DNA of 64,000 nucleotides from Ginglymostoma cirratum (taxonomy: Eukaryota): assembly GCA_024137785.1 (NCBI GenBank), contig JAHRHZ010000285.1:62001-126000 (forward strand), written 5' to 3'. The position numbers were made by a program, and so were the translations under genes. Position 1 is the stretch's first letter. Every line of letters starts with the position of its first letter. Below the pieces are notes generated by a model that did not search any database, was not told the DNA's origin, and saw only the letters and a list, made by a program, of their open reading frames with translations. Positions 11,597 through 24,905 of the stretch are shown in pieces.

Positions 11597-12549
11597 AGTC
11601 GAATTTGAAAAAGCCATGGGCAAATCAGTGGAATAGTCAGAAGAGAGCCAATGCCATTTCAATCAGAAATGTGTGGATTAATACCTCTGGTGAGAAATGG
11701 AGCTCAAAAGACAGAACTGAAAAAAAAAAAGATGCAATTCTATAGAAGGTCCAAGAGCAAGCTGAGTACATAAGTTTAAGAATTATTGAAAGGAGCAGGA
11801 TACCTTAGGAACAACTATGTCTTGTCTCACTGGGATATCGGCTGGAAGTGAAGCCGCGTCATTCACGGACTTATCACAAAAAGTCATTCTTTTAATAATT
11901 ACGCTGAATTCCCAAGTTTACAATTCTTATAGGTCCAGGTTAACAACAAGTACTGTTCAGGTTTCCGTACTTAAAAGAACTTACAATTTATGACAGTATT
12001 TAGGCTCTAGTAACAGGTATACTGTCATAAACAGTTGACGCATTCGCTCTACTATTTAAAAGTGTCGGTCCGTTATCAGTTCGCCCTCAAACAACAACAC
12101 AAAATCAGACACAGACAGGGAGATCTTTACGAATGGAGGGGAAACTGGGAAAGCTGGCCAACATCTCTGTTCACAGGATATGCTGAGAGAGTGTCGTGAG
12201 TTTCAGAATTTTGGTGCTCAGTCTTCCTTTTCTGCATGCTTCAAACTGTTTGCAACACACACTGAGTGATTGGTTCAATGTAAAAGCACCGAGTAAGTAA
12301 AAGTGCAAGCTTATTGCAACTGCTCGGCAAAAATTGAAATCATTTTCTTCAGGCTGTTCAATCAGTCGGGAGTCACGTCAAGAGTTTTACAGAAAGTAAA
12401 CAAGGTAAACAGTTCAAAATCGCAAACAAGTTGGAGCTCGGTGTCCCCGTGTCTGCCAGGAAAGGGGAAATATTTGTGGCAACCGCACAGCATTTACAAT
12501 TGCCAGGGATGCCATCAGTATACTTATAAATGGCCAGAAATCAATTGAA

Positions 12550-15500
12550 AATGAAACAGCTTCAACATGACAAGGGAAGGAAACGGTTAGAATGACAAAT
12601 AAAACGGAGGAAAAAGAAAAGCAGAGGAAGGCCCTAGCAGAATAAAGTGAAAAGAGAGCGAGAACAACGTGAGAAAGAGAGAAGAAAGGGAGAGAGGAAT
12701 TTTGAAATTCAAAATTTGGAAGTCGACTTAAAACGGCTGAGGCAGACGAAACATAGGAATAGTGATTAAGCCAATGATGGAAAGAAATGCATCATAGCCT
12801 CATGCCCAGTGGGGATCTGTTAAATATGTTCAATAGTTGCCGAAGCTCGACGGGAAGAATGTAGAAGACCTATTCATTTCATTCTTGGAAGTGGCTAAAC
12901 AAATGAAGCGGCCGATGACCATGTGGATATTGTTGATCCAAACAAAGTTAGTAGGTAGCTTTTCTGAAGAATTTGCATTACTCTCAGTGGTGCTAAAGAA
13001 AAAGAAAGAATAGCCCTGGCAGAAAAAAAAACAGAAATAGAAAAGGAAATTAAACATATTGAATTACGATTAAAAGCAGAGTATAAAGAAAAGGAAAGGA
13101 TGGTCCTAGCAGAAGGAAGGGAGAAAGAGAGAGTTTTTGACTTTTAGAGATTGGAATTGAAATCTCGAAGTCGACTTTAAATGGCGGAGGTAAAGGGGAA
13201 AGGTAGAAGTAGTTGCGTGGGCAGTAATGGAGAGCAATTCCATTGTAGAAAAAACGCTTTTGGGGGATTGTTTAAATATGTCCAAGTATTGCCTACTCAA
13301 CTGGAAGGGGATAGACTTGTTCATTTCATTCTTGGAAGTGGCTAAACAAATGAAGTGGCTTGTGACTATGTGGATATTGTTGATCTAAACAAAGTCAGTA
13401 GGTAGGGTTAGTGAGGAATTTGCATCATTATCGGGGTAGTATCTGGGGAGTACAATGGTGTGAAAATGCCATCTTAGGTGCATATGATCTAGAAGCCTAC
13501 AGACAATATTTCAGGAACCTAAGGAGGGAACCTGTTGAAACGCACGTTGAGTTTGAAAGGATCAAACAAAGTCTTTCCACAAGTGAATAAGGCCCTTGAA
13601 AATAGATCAAACATTTGACACTCTTAGAAAGACGATTATTGTAAAGGAGTTCAAAAATTCACTGTCTGAAGTGCTGCGAACTCATATGGGAGAGCATAGA
13701 GTTAAAATTGCAAGGTTGGCAGTGGAAATGGTTGATGCTTGTGATTTCGTTCATAAGTCAAAATTTGGCTTCCAACATCAATTTCAATCTGTGAGGGCTA
13801 GATTTTGGGGATAGAAAAATCCTCAGGCGGCAAAAGAAAATGAGATCTTATTGAGGATAGTAAAGATAGTATACCATCGGGTAACAAGGAAACCCATGAG
13901 GGGAAAAAAAAGCTCAGGTGTTTTCTCTGCAGTAAGGTCGGTCAAATGAGGTTGCAGTATTGGTAGTTTAGAGAAAGCACTAGGAAGACAGATGTCAGAA
14001 AACATGATAAACTAGTGAATTTTACTGAAGTGGTAAAGGAACGAACAGAGAAGGCTTAAAAAAAAACCCTGCTGCAGAATATACATCCTGTTCAGGGATA
14101 TGCAGAAAACAAAATGCCAGATTTCTTGAAAAAAATGTACATGTGAGTATAAGGTCTACTCACATATGCCCAGAGAAGTAGGTAAAGAAATCATTTTTAT
14201 CAAGACCTACAGGAGCACCTCAGTCTTTGTTGTTGAGAGATGAGGAGATATGTAATTCAGAAGGCATAATGCCAGAGAAAAAGTGATAATATGTGGAATT
14301 ATGTTATATGAAGTCAGGTTGCAAATTTCAGCGCTGGTACTAGTACAAGAGAAGCACTCTTCCAGGAATACATCTGGTCCTTGGTAATAGCATAGCTGGA
14401 TCACGGAAGGAAGTGATGCCTCCTATGGTTTTAGAATCCCTATAGTGTGGAAACAGTCCTTCGACCCTTGGAACACCCCACCCAGACCCATCCCCTTATA
14501 ACCCACGCACCCCTGAACACGATGGGCAACATGGCATAGCCAATCCACCAAACTGCACTTCTTTGGACTGTGGGAGAAAACTGGAGCAGCCAGAGAAAAC
14601 CCACGCACATGGGGAAAATGTGCAAACTCAACACAGACGGTTACCTGGGGCTGGAATCGAACGTGGGAACCCGACAACTGCGAGACTGCAGTACTAACCA
14701 CTGAGCCACCGTGCCGCCCAAAAGCCAGTTGCAAATCAGGCAAGTGAGATAGTACAGGAAGTATATCCTGAGATTTTTCCTGCCTCTGTGGAAAATGATC
14801 AAAAAGGCACCGTTCAAAGCAGGATGAAAAATTGAAGAACAGAGATAAGGAAATTAAAATACAATTATCAGAGAACATTTTTGATGAAATGGTTGAGAAA
14901 AAAACAAAAGAACAATTGGGAAACAACAATTCTTTTTTACTTCCGGGAACCTCACTGAATTAGATGCAAGATGAACAGAAAGATGAAAAACTCAAGCAGT
15001 TGCATCAAAAAGCATACACTGAAGGAAAATCTAAGTGTATCCAAGAATATTTTTTAGAACAAAGTCTTGATGACGGAATGCAGACAATCACATATTCAGC
15101 GGATGAAAACTGGGCAGAAGTTCGTCATGTTGTCTTACAAGTGGGTTAGAGTGAAGAAGTGTTGTGGGTAGCAAATAAATGACCAATAGGAGTTCATTTG
15201 GGAACAAGGATCATTCAAGGCAAAAATTAAACATCATTGTACCATTCCCTCAACTGCATAAGGATGCAGCTGAGTTTGCCGGACAGATCGTACATGTCAG
15301 TTAATTGAAGAAAAAAACTCCTCAGGCAGCGATAAATCCAGCACCCTTCATAGCCATTCGTTCATTTGAGATACCTTTTACAAGGGTATTCATTGATTGC
15401 GTAGAGCCCCTATCGAAAACAAAACGTGGGAATCAGTATTTGTGGACCATAACGAATGTGTCTACTAGATTTCCAGAGGCTATTCCATTATGCAATATCA

Positions 15501-15690
15501 AAGCTAAAAACGTTGCAGAAGAGCTACTTGTTTCTTTCTCCCTAAAAACAGACAACCCACATAGATACAATCAGATCAAGGGACAAATGTTACATTAAAA
15601 TTATTCAAGGAAGGCATGGGTCACTTTGGAATAAAACAATTCAAATCCACTGCACACCATTCAGAATTGAAGGGAGCATTAGAACAGTGG
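12550..15690 (+). mobile_element. Decayed Gmr1-like Ty3/Gypsy internal region (gag with SCAN-like domain and Zn knuckle, then integrase)
   Basis: FISFLEVAKQMKW..MWILL (present twice), EFKNSL, RCFLCSKVG knuckle at ~13915, then IN PFTRVFIDCVEPLSKTKRGNQYL...STRFPEAIPL (15305-15598) with no intervening RT. Confidence 0.75.
14432..14719 (-). mobile_element. HE1/V-SINE-type tRNA-derived SINE inserted in the Gypsy element
   Basis: Reverse strand GGGCGGCACGGTGGCTCAGTGGTTAG (A box)...GTTCGATTCC (B box)...GAGTTTGCACATTTTCCCC...CR1-like tail GGGATTCTA. Confidence 0.85.
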
Positions 15691-15753
15691 CAGGATGACA
15701 GAAAGCTAGAAAGGCTTATTGATTGTGATTTTTACAGAAATTTGAAAAATTAT

Positions 15754-16560
15754 TGTTATGGGCCAGACCATTCCAAAATATTTTACAACGTCGCCTAGAC
15801 CCTACTTTTTTTGGTTATTTTAGAGATAGATGAGAAGTGCCGTGCTCCAGATGCAAAGCGAATTGTAAAACTACTCGACGTCAAGCAAATCACTATTTAT
15901 TTAAACAGTATAGTTTAAACATAAACAAAAGAAGGAAGGATTTAGAATAACGTACCTATCGGGAGCTTTAACAAATAATGGATACAGTAGATATTACTAA
16001 TATTCTGTTATAACATATAGTGACGCCCCACAGAGACACCCCTTGCCAAAAGGCAAAATCAGGCACAGATTCGCACAGGCCTCCAATTCAGGAAGAAGAA
16101 AAATACAAGAAAAAAACTCAGAGAAAGCAGCAAGTAGGAAACATTCACTGAAGCTCCCAAATCTTTTTATACCGCAAAGTCTTCTTCTTGAAGCTAAACT
16201 GAGAATCTGAAAACAAAGCGCCAGAAAGCCTTGTTGGTGATGAATAGCCACATCCAGAATGCTTCTATTGTTCCAAGATTAAATAAAAAAAAATCTCGCA
16301 AATTGTTTACTTGTTTCGACACAGCTCAGCACATCTGTCTTGTAACTTCTCTTCCTTAGGAAAAGAACAAACTGACCTCTTAAAGTGACAGTACCTTCAC
16401 AACACCCACACCTCCCTTTAAAAATGCCATCTATATCCAAAGATGACTTCATTTTTAAAATCCTTAATGTTTCTTTGCTGGTAGACTACAATGCATTTAC
16501 ATTACGTTGAGCATGCAAACAATCACTACTACAATCCATTTCCCTCTAGCTTATTATACT
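15754..16560 (-). mobile_element. Gypsy-type 3' LTR (15754-16401) with PPT and adjacent 3' UTR, reverse orientation
   Basis: Ends TGTTA../..TCACA, followed by a pyrimidine tract (reverse PPT, 16402-16420). The flank resembles 43640-43710, and the terminus resembles the reverse complement of 24830-24905. Confidence 0.55.
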
Positions 16561-16989
16561 GTTCAATCAGACATGTGGGGCTTTGTCAAAAATTATAACA
16601 AAATCCACCCTGAAATCACCCATTTCAGTATGTTCATCAGTCCTCCTCGTTCCTTAATAAAGCAAATTATCTTATGGATGCACAGCCATTGCTTTACAAT
16701 CCGTGTTGACCTGTTGTCAACGGACTATACATCACCAGTTAATCTTGTCTGAATATGTATTCTTGATACTTTGCCTATCTCTGATGGCATGCTGACCGGC
16801 TTGATAAATAACAATAAAATGTTTATAAAACAATAAAATCTGAATTCCGATATTCAGATAAAATGACTGCATTTGGCGAGCCTTGGAAAATGACCCTGAC
16901 ATCAAATATTATTCCTTCACTAGTTTCATTTAACAGCCCAGGATTAGGTCTTCCATGGCAGCATATCCAACTTCATTATGTCAGGCCCT

Positions 16990-18345
16990 CCATGTTTTCG
17001 GTTTTGTGATCAATGTTACCTTGTATCAATAGTGTCATCAATCGTGCTATCAAACAACACCTGGTCAGCAATAACCTGATCACTGATGCCCAGTTTGAGT
17101 TCCACCAGGACCATTCAGCTCCTGCCCTCATGAGGGGCTTGGGGCAACCATGGACAAAGCAACTGAATTCCAGAAGTGAGGCCAAAATGGCAACCCTTGA
17201 TATCGAGGCTGTGTTCGCCAGAATGTGGCATCAAAGAGACCGAGCAAAACTGGAATCAATGGGTATCAAGTGGGTAAACTCTCTCCTGGTTTGAGTCATG
17301 CCTGACAGATAAGAAAGTGGTCGTGGATATTGGAGGTCAGTCATCTCAGCTCCAGGACATCTTTGCAAGTGTTTCTCAGGGTAGTGTCTTGACACATCCA
17401 TCTTCAGCTGCTTCTTCAATGACCTTCCCTTCATCATAAGTTCAGAAGGTAGGATGTTCACTGACGATTTCACAACGTTCAGCACCATTCGCGATTCCAC
17501 AGACACTGAAGCAGTCCATGCTCAAATACAACAAATCTGGACAAAATCCAAGCTTGGCTTGACAACATGCAAGTAACAGTCATGCCTCACAAATGCCACG
17601 CTAAGACTATCACCAATAAGAGACAATCTAACTAATACTCTTGAAATTCAATGTGGTTACTGTCACTAAATCCCCCACTATCACATGATGAGGTTTACGA
17701 CTGAGAAGAGACTCAACTGGGCTTGCTACTTAAACACAGAGGCTATGAGAGTAGATCAGAAGCTGAGATTACTATGCCCAGAAACTCACCTCCTTACACC
17801 TCAATTTCTGTCTACCATCTACAAGGCAAAAGTTTGGAGATGATGAAATACTCCCCATTTTTCTCGATGGGTTCAGCTCCAACAACACTCAAGAAGCTTG
17901 ACACCATCCACGATAAAGCAGCCTCTTGATTGGCACTGCATCCACAAACATCCACTCCCTCAAGCACCGATGCTCAGTTGCAGCAATGTGTACTATCTGC
18001 AAGATGCATTGCAGGACATCCGCAAGTCTCCTCGGACAGCACCTTCCAAACCCACGATCACTTCCTTCGAGTAGGACAGCGGCAGCAGATCCGTGGGACG
18101 ACCAGCACCCTCAGGTACTCCTCAAAGTTCATTCATCATCATGACTTCGAAATATATCAATGTTCCTTCACTGTTGCGGTGTGCAAAATCCTGGAAATCT
18201 CTCCTAATGGTATTTTTTGTTAACCCACAGCAGATGGACATAGTTTTTTAAAGAAGACAGGTCACCACCAGCTTCCCACGGGCAACAAAGGATGGGCGAT
18301 TAATACTTGCCAGCCAGTGAAACCCTCTTCCTACAAATAAATAAT
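16990..18345 (+). mobile_element. Old CR1/L2-clade LINE, RT 3' portion with 3' UTR
   Basis: LITDAQFEFHQDHS, LDIEAVFARMWHQ, QGSVL, FTDD motifs; decayed. Confidence 0.8.
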
Positions 18346-18714
18346 GATAGTTTACTGTGAAGTAAAAGTTTAGATATCGTATGTTGGATAATTAGGCAAA
18401 TAAAGAATATCAAACCGGTAACAGATGAGAATCCATTTTTTTTCCCAATTTTGGAATGTTCTGTATAATGCAGGAATAGAGATAGCACTCTCATATCACA
18501 CATCATATCCGATGTCCTCTTGATGTAATGTTTAGAGGTCTCAGTTCCAGCAGTCTTTGTTTTCCCTCATACTGATTTAGGGAAGATTCTGGCCTCACTC
18601 AAGGATTGGGGTTTTCCCCAGGGAGTCTTGCCCCTTCTGCCCCTCCTCTATCTGTTAATGTATGTTGTTTTAGGGGGCAGTCATAAATACTATGTCGAAG
18701 CCTGTCATTCTGCT

Positions 18715-19352
18715 GCCTGCTGAATTGGCCTCCATTGACCGAGGCATTGTGTATAAAAGTCAGCATGTTGTGTTACAGTTGTAAAAGTCGTTGGTGAGGC
18801 TGCACTTGTATTATTGTGTACAGTTTTAGTCACGCTGTTATAGCAACTACATAGTTAAACTGGAAAGAGTGCGAAGAAAATCAATGAGGATGTGGCCAAG
18901 ACTAGTAGGCCTGAGTTTTTGGGAGAGGTTGGCCAGGAGAGGACTTTATTCCTTGAAATATAAGAGAATGAAGGGCGACCTTATTGAGGTGTAACAAATC
19001 ATGTGGGGCACAGATAAAATGAATGCATATAGTCTTCTTCACAAAGATGGGGAATTGAAGACGAGACAGCATATGCTTAAGGTGAGAGGGTTAAGATTTA
19101 AGAAGGACCTGAGGGAGAACTTCTTCATGCAGGGAGTGGTGCGTACATGGAATGGGCTGCCAGAGAAAGTGGTCGAGGCAGGTATAATAGCAATATTTAA
19201 AAATATTTGGATAGGTACGGACATGGGAAGGGATTAGAGGGATATGGACCAAATGTGGGCAATTGCTATTAGCTGAGTGGGCACCATGGTCAGCATGGAC
19301 CAGTTTGGGACGAGTGCCCTGTTAGCATGCCATAGTTCTCTATGACTCTGTG
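18715..19352 (+). mobile_element. CR1 LINE 3' fragment
   Basis: FKKDLRENFFMQGVVRTWNGLP; tail ctctatgactctgtga. Confidence 0.8.
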
Positions 19353-20634
19353 ACCAGAATTTGAAGCTTACTTTCGCACTAACTCTAAGAAATTCGATAT
19401 GCTGCATTGATAATGGATAGTTTGGCGTGTGATCTAAAAAGTTATTATTCTTATGACTGCTCCTCTATTTTCCGATAGAAATGCATTTATATTTGCAGAA
19501 TATTAATTACGAATCTGGCACAGTTAAATGACGTTTTATGCTACATAGGAAATATCAAATATGGAAAGCTGAATTTGCACAATTTTGATCTGATCCACAA
19601 TTCTCAACATTTCATTCTAACATTTCACAGACTACTTTCGAACTGGATTTTCTGCATCATCATTTGTGATTGAAGAGTCAAGATACACATGACGTCCCCC
19701 ATAACATCTCTGTATTCATGCCCTGTATAACTCAGCAAAGCCAAAACCCCCTTTTGCTCCAAAGATACTGAGAAAAACATCACTAACCTTTCGTTAATTT
19801 TATAGACTCATTTGTTTTCTGCATCCTAACATGATTTTTAGTTTCCTTTTGCAATTCACCCCTGCATTTTCTGTGCTCCCCAAATCTTCCTGAATTATTG
19901 CTTCTTTTCAATTTCCCAGAGTATGTTTTTGTAACTCGTGCCATGCTTTTTCTTTGTGGGGATATGTCTACACTCTCATCATAAAATGTCAATTTTGCCT
20001 CCCAGCGATTTCCCTTTGATTTCCTATCGAAGTACTGGAAAATTCCGCATTTAACAAGACAACATACAGCTTTGCAATGTTTGTTTGCCCCAAGTTTGAA
20101 CGTTTGCTCCTCCACTGCTTTTGTCCAATTGCATAATGATATTGCTTCGTCTGCTTTACTGGCTTCACTTGCGAACTTTAAAATCACACTGCATTGTCAC
20201 CGATTGGACTTGTTACGCTCTGCAAGTTGTTTTGAAGTCATGCCACTAATTACTGTGACCTCAATTCACTCTATTCGTATCCGATTTTATATGTTGATGA
20301 ATTCCACAGCATAATCGCCTAAAATTCCCATCAACATTGCTTGTGAAGGTATAGCGCAGAGTTATATGAAGAAAAACAAAACTAGACATTGTGATGCTGC
20401 CATCAAACGATGACACGACGGGGCCTTTACCGCATAAGATGGTTATTTTCTTTCAGTTTGATGCATCCTTAATTTCTCTCGTTAACCATCGTTGAATTAT
20501 CCCGTTTCGAGAACCTTGCTACTTTCCTGCAATGCATCTTTGTTGTGACCTGCAAACAATTTTCTTAAACACCGTCCAATGTCTACAACTGTCTTTGCTG
20601 CTGAACACGAAAATATATGCAAGTTGTTCGGCAC

Positions 20635-20638
<4 letters not shown>

Positions 20639-20684
<46 letters not shown>
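20639..20684. repeat. (CA)23 microsatellite
   Basis: Perfect CA run. Confidence 0.98.
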
Positions 20685-20685
<1 letters not shown>

Positions 20686-21261
20686 GTGTAGCAGATGCAT
20701 CTGCCAAATCCTCTCCAGGCCACTGACCACTTTGACGTTGGAATATATTGCCGTTACGCCACTGTATCTGGGACAAAATCCTGGAATTGACTCCATAATC
20801 ACATTGTCAGGTTACCTAAAGTGTACAGACTGGGAGATTCAATAAGGTAGCTCAGAAGTAACCTGTCAAGGTCAAATTGTGAGGGAAAAGAAATTCTGGT
20901 AACTACGTCTCACTTACAAATAAAAGTGAAAATTCCAGCTATCATTTGGTTATACTTTCCCTTATTTACTTGTTTCTTACCTAAGATACTCAGCCAACAC
21001 ACCGAAATGCAAAATATATTATTTATCTTGCTATCGTTTAGGTCTGTACGGCTCCATTTCCCCGATATATATTTTTTTGAAATTGCCTCATTACACATTT
21101 TATGCATCCAATATGGCCTGATGACTGGTTAAGTTTAAAAGACATTGTTCTGGGAAAATCATCCAATTATACTCGAAGAATTCTTTTTAATGGATCTAAG
21201 ATCATACACATCACTTGGATCGATGTGTTTTTTTTAAAATTTTGATCAGACACAACACTGT

Positions 21262-22415
21262 CATTGACAAGGTCACTCACGGCAGACTTCTACAGAAGAT
21301 AAAGTCCCATTGGGTCAGAGGTGAGTTGCAAGATGAATTTAGAAAAAAAAACTAACTCGTTCATAGAAGAGAGAAGGTAGCAGCGGAAGGGTGCATTTTT
21401 GAATGGAGGGCTATGACTAGTGGCGTTCCTCAGGGATCAGTTGGATCCTTTGTTATTTGGAATATACATACATGATTTGGAGGAAAATGTCAATGGTTTG
21501 ATTCGTAACCTTGTGGATGACACAAAGGTTGGTGTAATTGCAGACAGTGATCAGGACCATCAGAGCATACAGCTGGATACCGATCAATTGGTGATTTGGG
21601 CAGAGAGATGGCAGATTCAGTTTAATCCAGAAAAATGTGAACTAATGCATTTCGGAAGGTCTAATTCAGATGGAAAATATGCAGTAAATGGCAGACCCCT
21701 TAAGAGTACTGATAGGCAGAGCGATCTGGGTGCACAGGTACACAGGTCACTGAAAGTGGCAAGGCAGGTGGAAAAGGTAATCAACAAGCCATATGGCATG
21801 CTTGCCTTCATCGGCCGGCACATTGAGTTTAAAACTTGACAGGTAATGTTGCAGGTTTTTGGAACCTTAGTTAGGCCTCGTTTGGAATATTGTGTTCAAT
21901 TCTGGTCGCCACACTACCAGAAGGATGTGATGGCTTTGGAGAGGGTACAGAAGAGATTTACCAGGGTGTTGCCTGGTATGAAGGGCATTAGCTATAAGGA
22001 GAAGTTGGAGAAACTGAAACGACAGAAGTTGAGGGGCGACCAAATAGAGGACTACAAGATTATGAAGGGCATGGACAGAGTGGACAGTCAGAAACTTTTT
22101 TCCCAGTGGAGAGGAAGCAGTCACTAGGGGGCATAGGATTAAGGTGCGTGGGGCAAAGTTTAAAGGTTATGCACGAGGCCAGTTTTTTCTTACACAGAGG
22201 GATGTGGGTGCCTGGAACTCACTGCCGGGGGAGGTAGTGGAAGCGGGTATGATGGTGAATTTTAAAGGCGTCTTGACAAATACATGAATAGAATGGGAAT
22301 GGAGAGATACAGTCCCCGGAAGGGTTGGAGGTTTTAGTTGTGACAGGCAGCATGTCAGTGCAGGTTTTGAGGGTCGAAGGGTCTGTTCCTGTGCTATAAT
22401 TTTCGTTGTTCTTTG
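21262..22415 (+). mobile_element. CR1 LINE ORF2 RT 3' half
   Basis: [45 protein letters not shown], and a 3' UTR GAAGGGTCTGTTCCTGTGCT. Confidence 0.9.
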
Positions 22416-24337
22416 CTCTTTTTAACATACCCTCAAATAAAGCATTAATTTTGTTTGTTTGTAACCTTTTCTTCCCGTTCCTGCCTTTATATTTCTGGTG
22501 TTCCCCCTTCCCCCAACCCACCACTTCGCATATTTGTACATACGCTCACCTCCTGGCCCTGATAATGTGTCGCTCTCCAAATAATTGATTTGTCATCTTG
22601 GCATATCCTCTGGCGTTTTTTAGCCTTAATTTCCCAGTTCGAAAGCCGCACCAAACTCGTTTATAGCTTGCTATTCAAACGTGTTTTTTTCCATCCGCCA
22701 GGGCACTGAAGTTAGCATGGAACCGGTGAAGCCTTTCCAACAAGGAAACCTCAACCTCTGATTATAGACTTAGAGTGTCAATCAACTGAAATCAATTCCA
22801 ACCACAACAAAATTTGAAAGATGCATTTATCAACTTGACTTTATTTGTCACACAGCAGGCTACCGTGACTTCGACTGTAATCCAGACATTATTGCCTTGG
22901 AGACTCAGCTTTTTTTATAAAACAAAAAATGCTCCTAAATGTTCAAATCAATAGGCAAATCCTCTTCAGATATGCTTGGCACAAAATGGTCAATGTGTGC
23001 TAGAGCACTCTGGCTCCCTCCAGGATCTTCTCGAGCACGAACAGATGTTGTTAGCCTGAGAACAAGTCAGGCAACAAAACCTTCGAAATTCCTGTTGACG
23101 GGGGCAGAAAGCAGTATCTCTCACCATATTTATATATTCCCCTCAAGTTCTCTTTTCTCTCCTCAATTGAGTAGCTCCCTGCACCAAAGCGTTCTGGTCA
23201 GTTTGCTCATTGCTTGCTCGAACCTTGTAATTACTGAACAATTTCAATTAGGCTTACGGAGGCTGTGCAGCAACAATAATGTGGCTTGATTTTTCCAACA
23301 AAAGAGATTTTTACGCGTAAGCATGTCAATTAATTAAAAGCATTGAATTTGCACGAGTCACACGACAATGCAAATCATTAAAGGATTACCAACGAAACCC
23401 AATCAGCACCGTTATTTGTGTTTTGTCGCCGTCTTGTTCTGATTATGCAAATCTTGCCGCAACTCTAGCGTAAGCAGAAAAGCAAGCAGGTGAACTGAAA
23501 ACATCCGGATCTCAATCAGTTGTGTCTCCTTCAAAGACTCTTGTAAGCAGTCCAGTCTGGATTGGTCCTTAAAATGAGCTCATCATATACTAGCTATTGT
23601 CTTGAACGGGCTGAGTAAATCAAACTGTGTTTAAATTTTGGGAGCGTTCCACGGAACAGAATTGAAACTGAACCTGGAGAAGGGTGATTGTTTCATAATG
23701 AATTCATAATGATCGTTTGCTTGGGAATTGAACATCAGAAAGTCTGGTCTTGGAGGCATGGATTTCCTGCTTTTCGAATTAGATGTAAATATTTAAAAAT
23801 TGCTTTGTCTGCGTGGGTACCTTTGAGAGAAGATCATATGATTCATTGTCAGAAGTTGCAGGCAACACCTGGTAAATCCCCTCTATAACTTTCCCAACGC
23901 TTCCACGTCTTTCCTGTAATGAGGCGACCAGAACTGAACACAATATTCCAGATGTGGCCTAACCAGTGTTTTGTATAGTTTTATATGTTGTTGTTAACCT
24001 ACTCATTGTCCTCGTTAGCAGGCTTTATCCTCCCCTCGTTTGCGACAGACCATTTCTTTTTGTTCTGTCCATCTTCTCAGTTCTCCATCTGGATTATCTC
24101 CCTCCCTATCTACTCAATCCTACTTTTCCCCCACCTACTGTCATCAGAAGGCGGTGGCAATCCTGTGGCTTTAAGGTTTACTCTATCCTTTTTTTAAAAA
24201 GAGAGATTAAACGAGAGGTATCAAGCTGTCTTGCGACATATATGAGATTTAACACAGTGTGGAGCTGGAGGAACACAGCAGGCCAGGCATCATCAGAGGA
24301 ACAAGAAAACTGACGCTTCTTCTTCAGAAGAAAATCT

Positions 24338-24905
24338 TGTGACACCTTTTTATGCAAGTTGGAACACTATGAGCAGTCTTATTGTGTGTGGTCAAAGTCC
24401 CGCAAAACCAGGACCTTCGGTATTTTTTCTTCAGTTTTTCAGTAGCAGAATTTGCTGGGGTTGTGAAAAGCTGTTACATCTCCCTTTGCTATAACTGAAA
24501 GATGGAGCTCTTCGTATCAGAATTGTCTTTTGACGTTCTTTCCTCTTGGAACGGAGAATTGTTATAATCTGATGTCTGCATTTGCCCTTTACCAAGAAAG
24601 TCTTTATGGAATGTTGCTATTTTGGAACAATTAATTCGCAATAGTTATTGTTTCTATTATTCTGTTAAGATTTACAATAGTTTTAAGTTATTCCAAGTTC
24701 CTCTTTCTTCTGTTGTATTTAACTATAGTGTTAGAATAAATTGTGTTTTGTTTAACGTCGAGCTTCTTGAACAATTGAATTGCATCTAGAACTCAGCATA
24801 AAATAAATTTAAAATAAGAAAGAAATTAGGGTCTAGGCTACCTCTATTTTAATAGTGGAGGGAACGGGGGAGGTGGGAAGAAAGTTGCTGGTCTGATCCA
24901 TAACA
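24338..24905 (+). repeat. Probable solo Gypsy-type LTR
   Basis: TGTGA...ATAACA with AATAAA. The 3' end GGGTCTAGGC...GGTCTGATCCATAACA is the reverse complement of the LTR end at 15754. Left boundary uncertain. Confidence 0.5.

Noticed and set aside
14640-14719. tRNA gene (A and B boxes)
   Set aside because: It continues into a V-SINE core and LINE tail, so it is a SINE head. The same applies at 28800 and 57203.
20497-20845. ORFs with CV/HT repeats
   Set aside because: Translations of the (CA)23 microsatellite.
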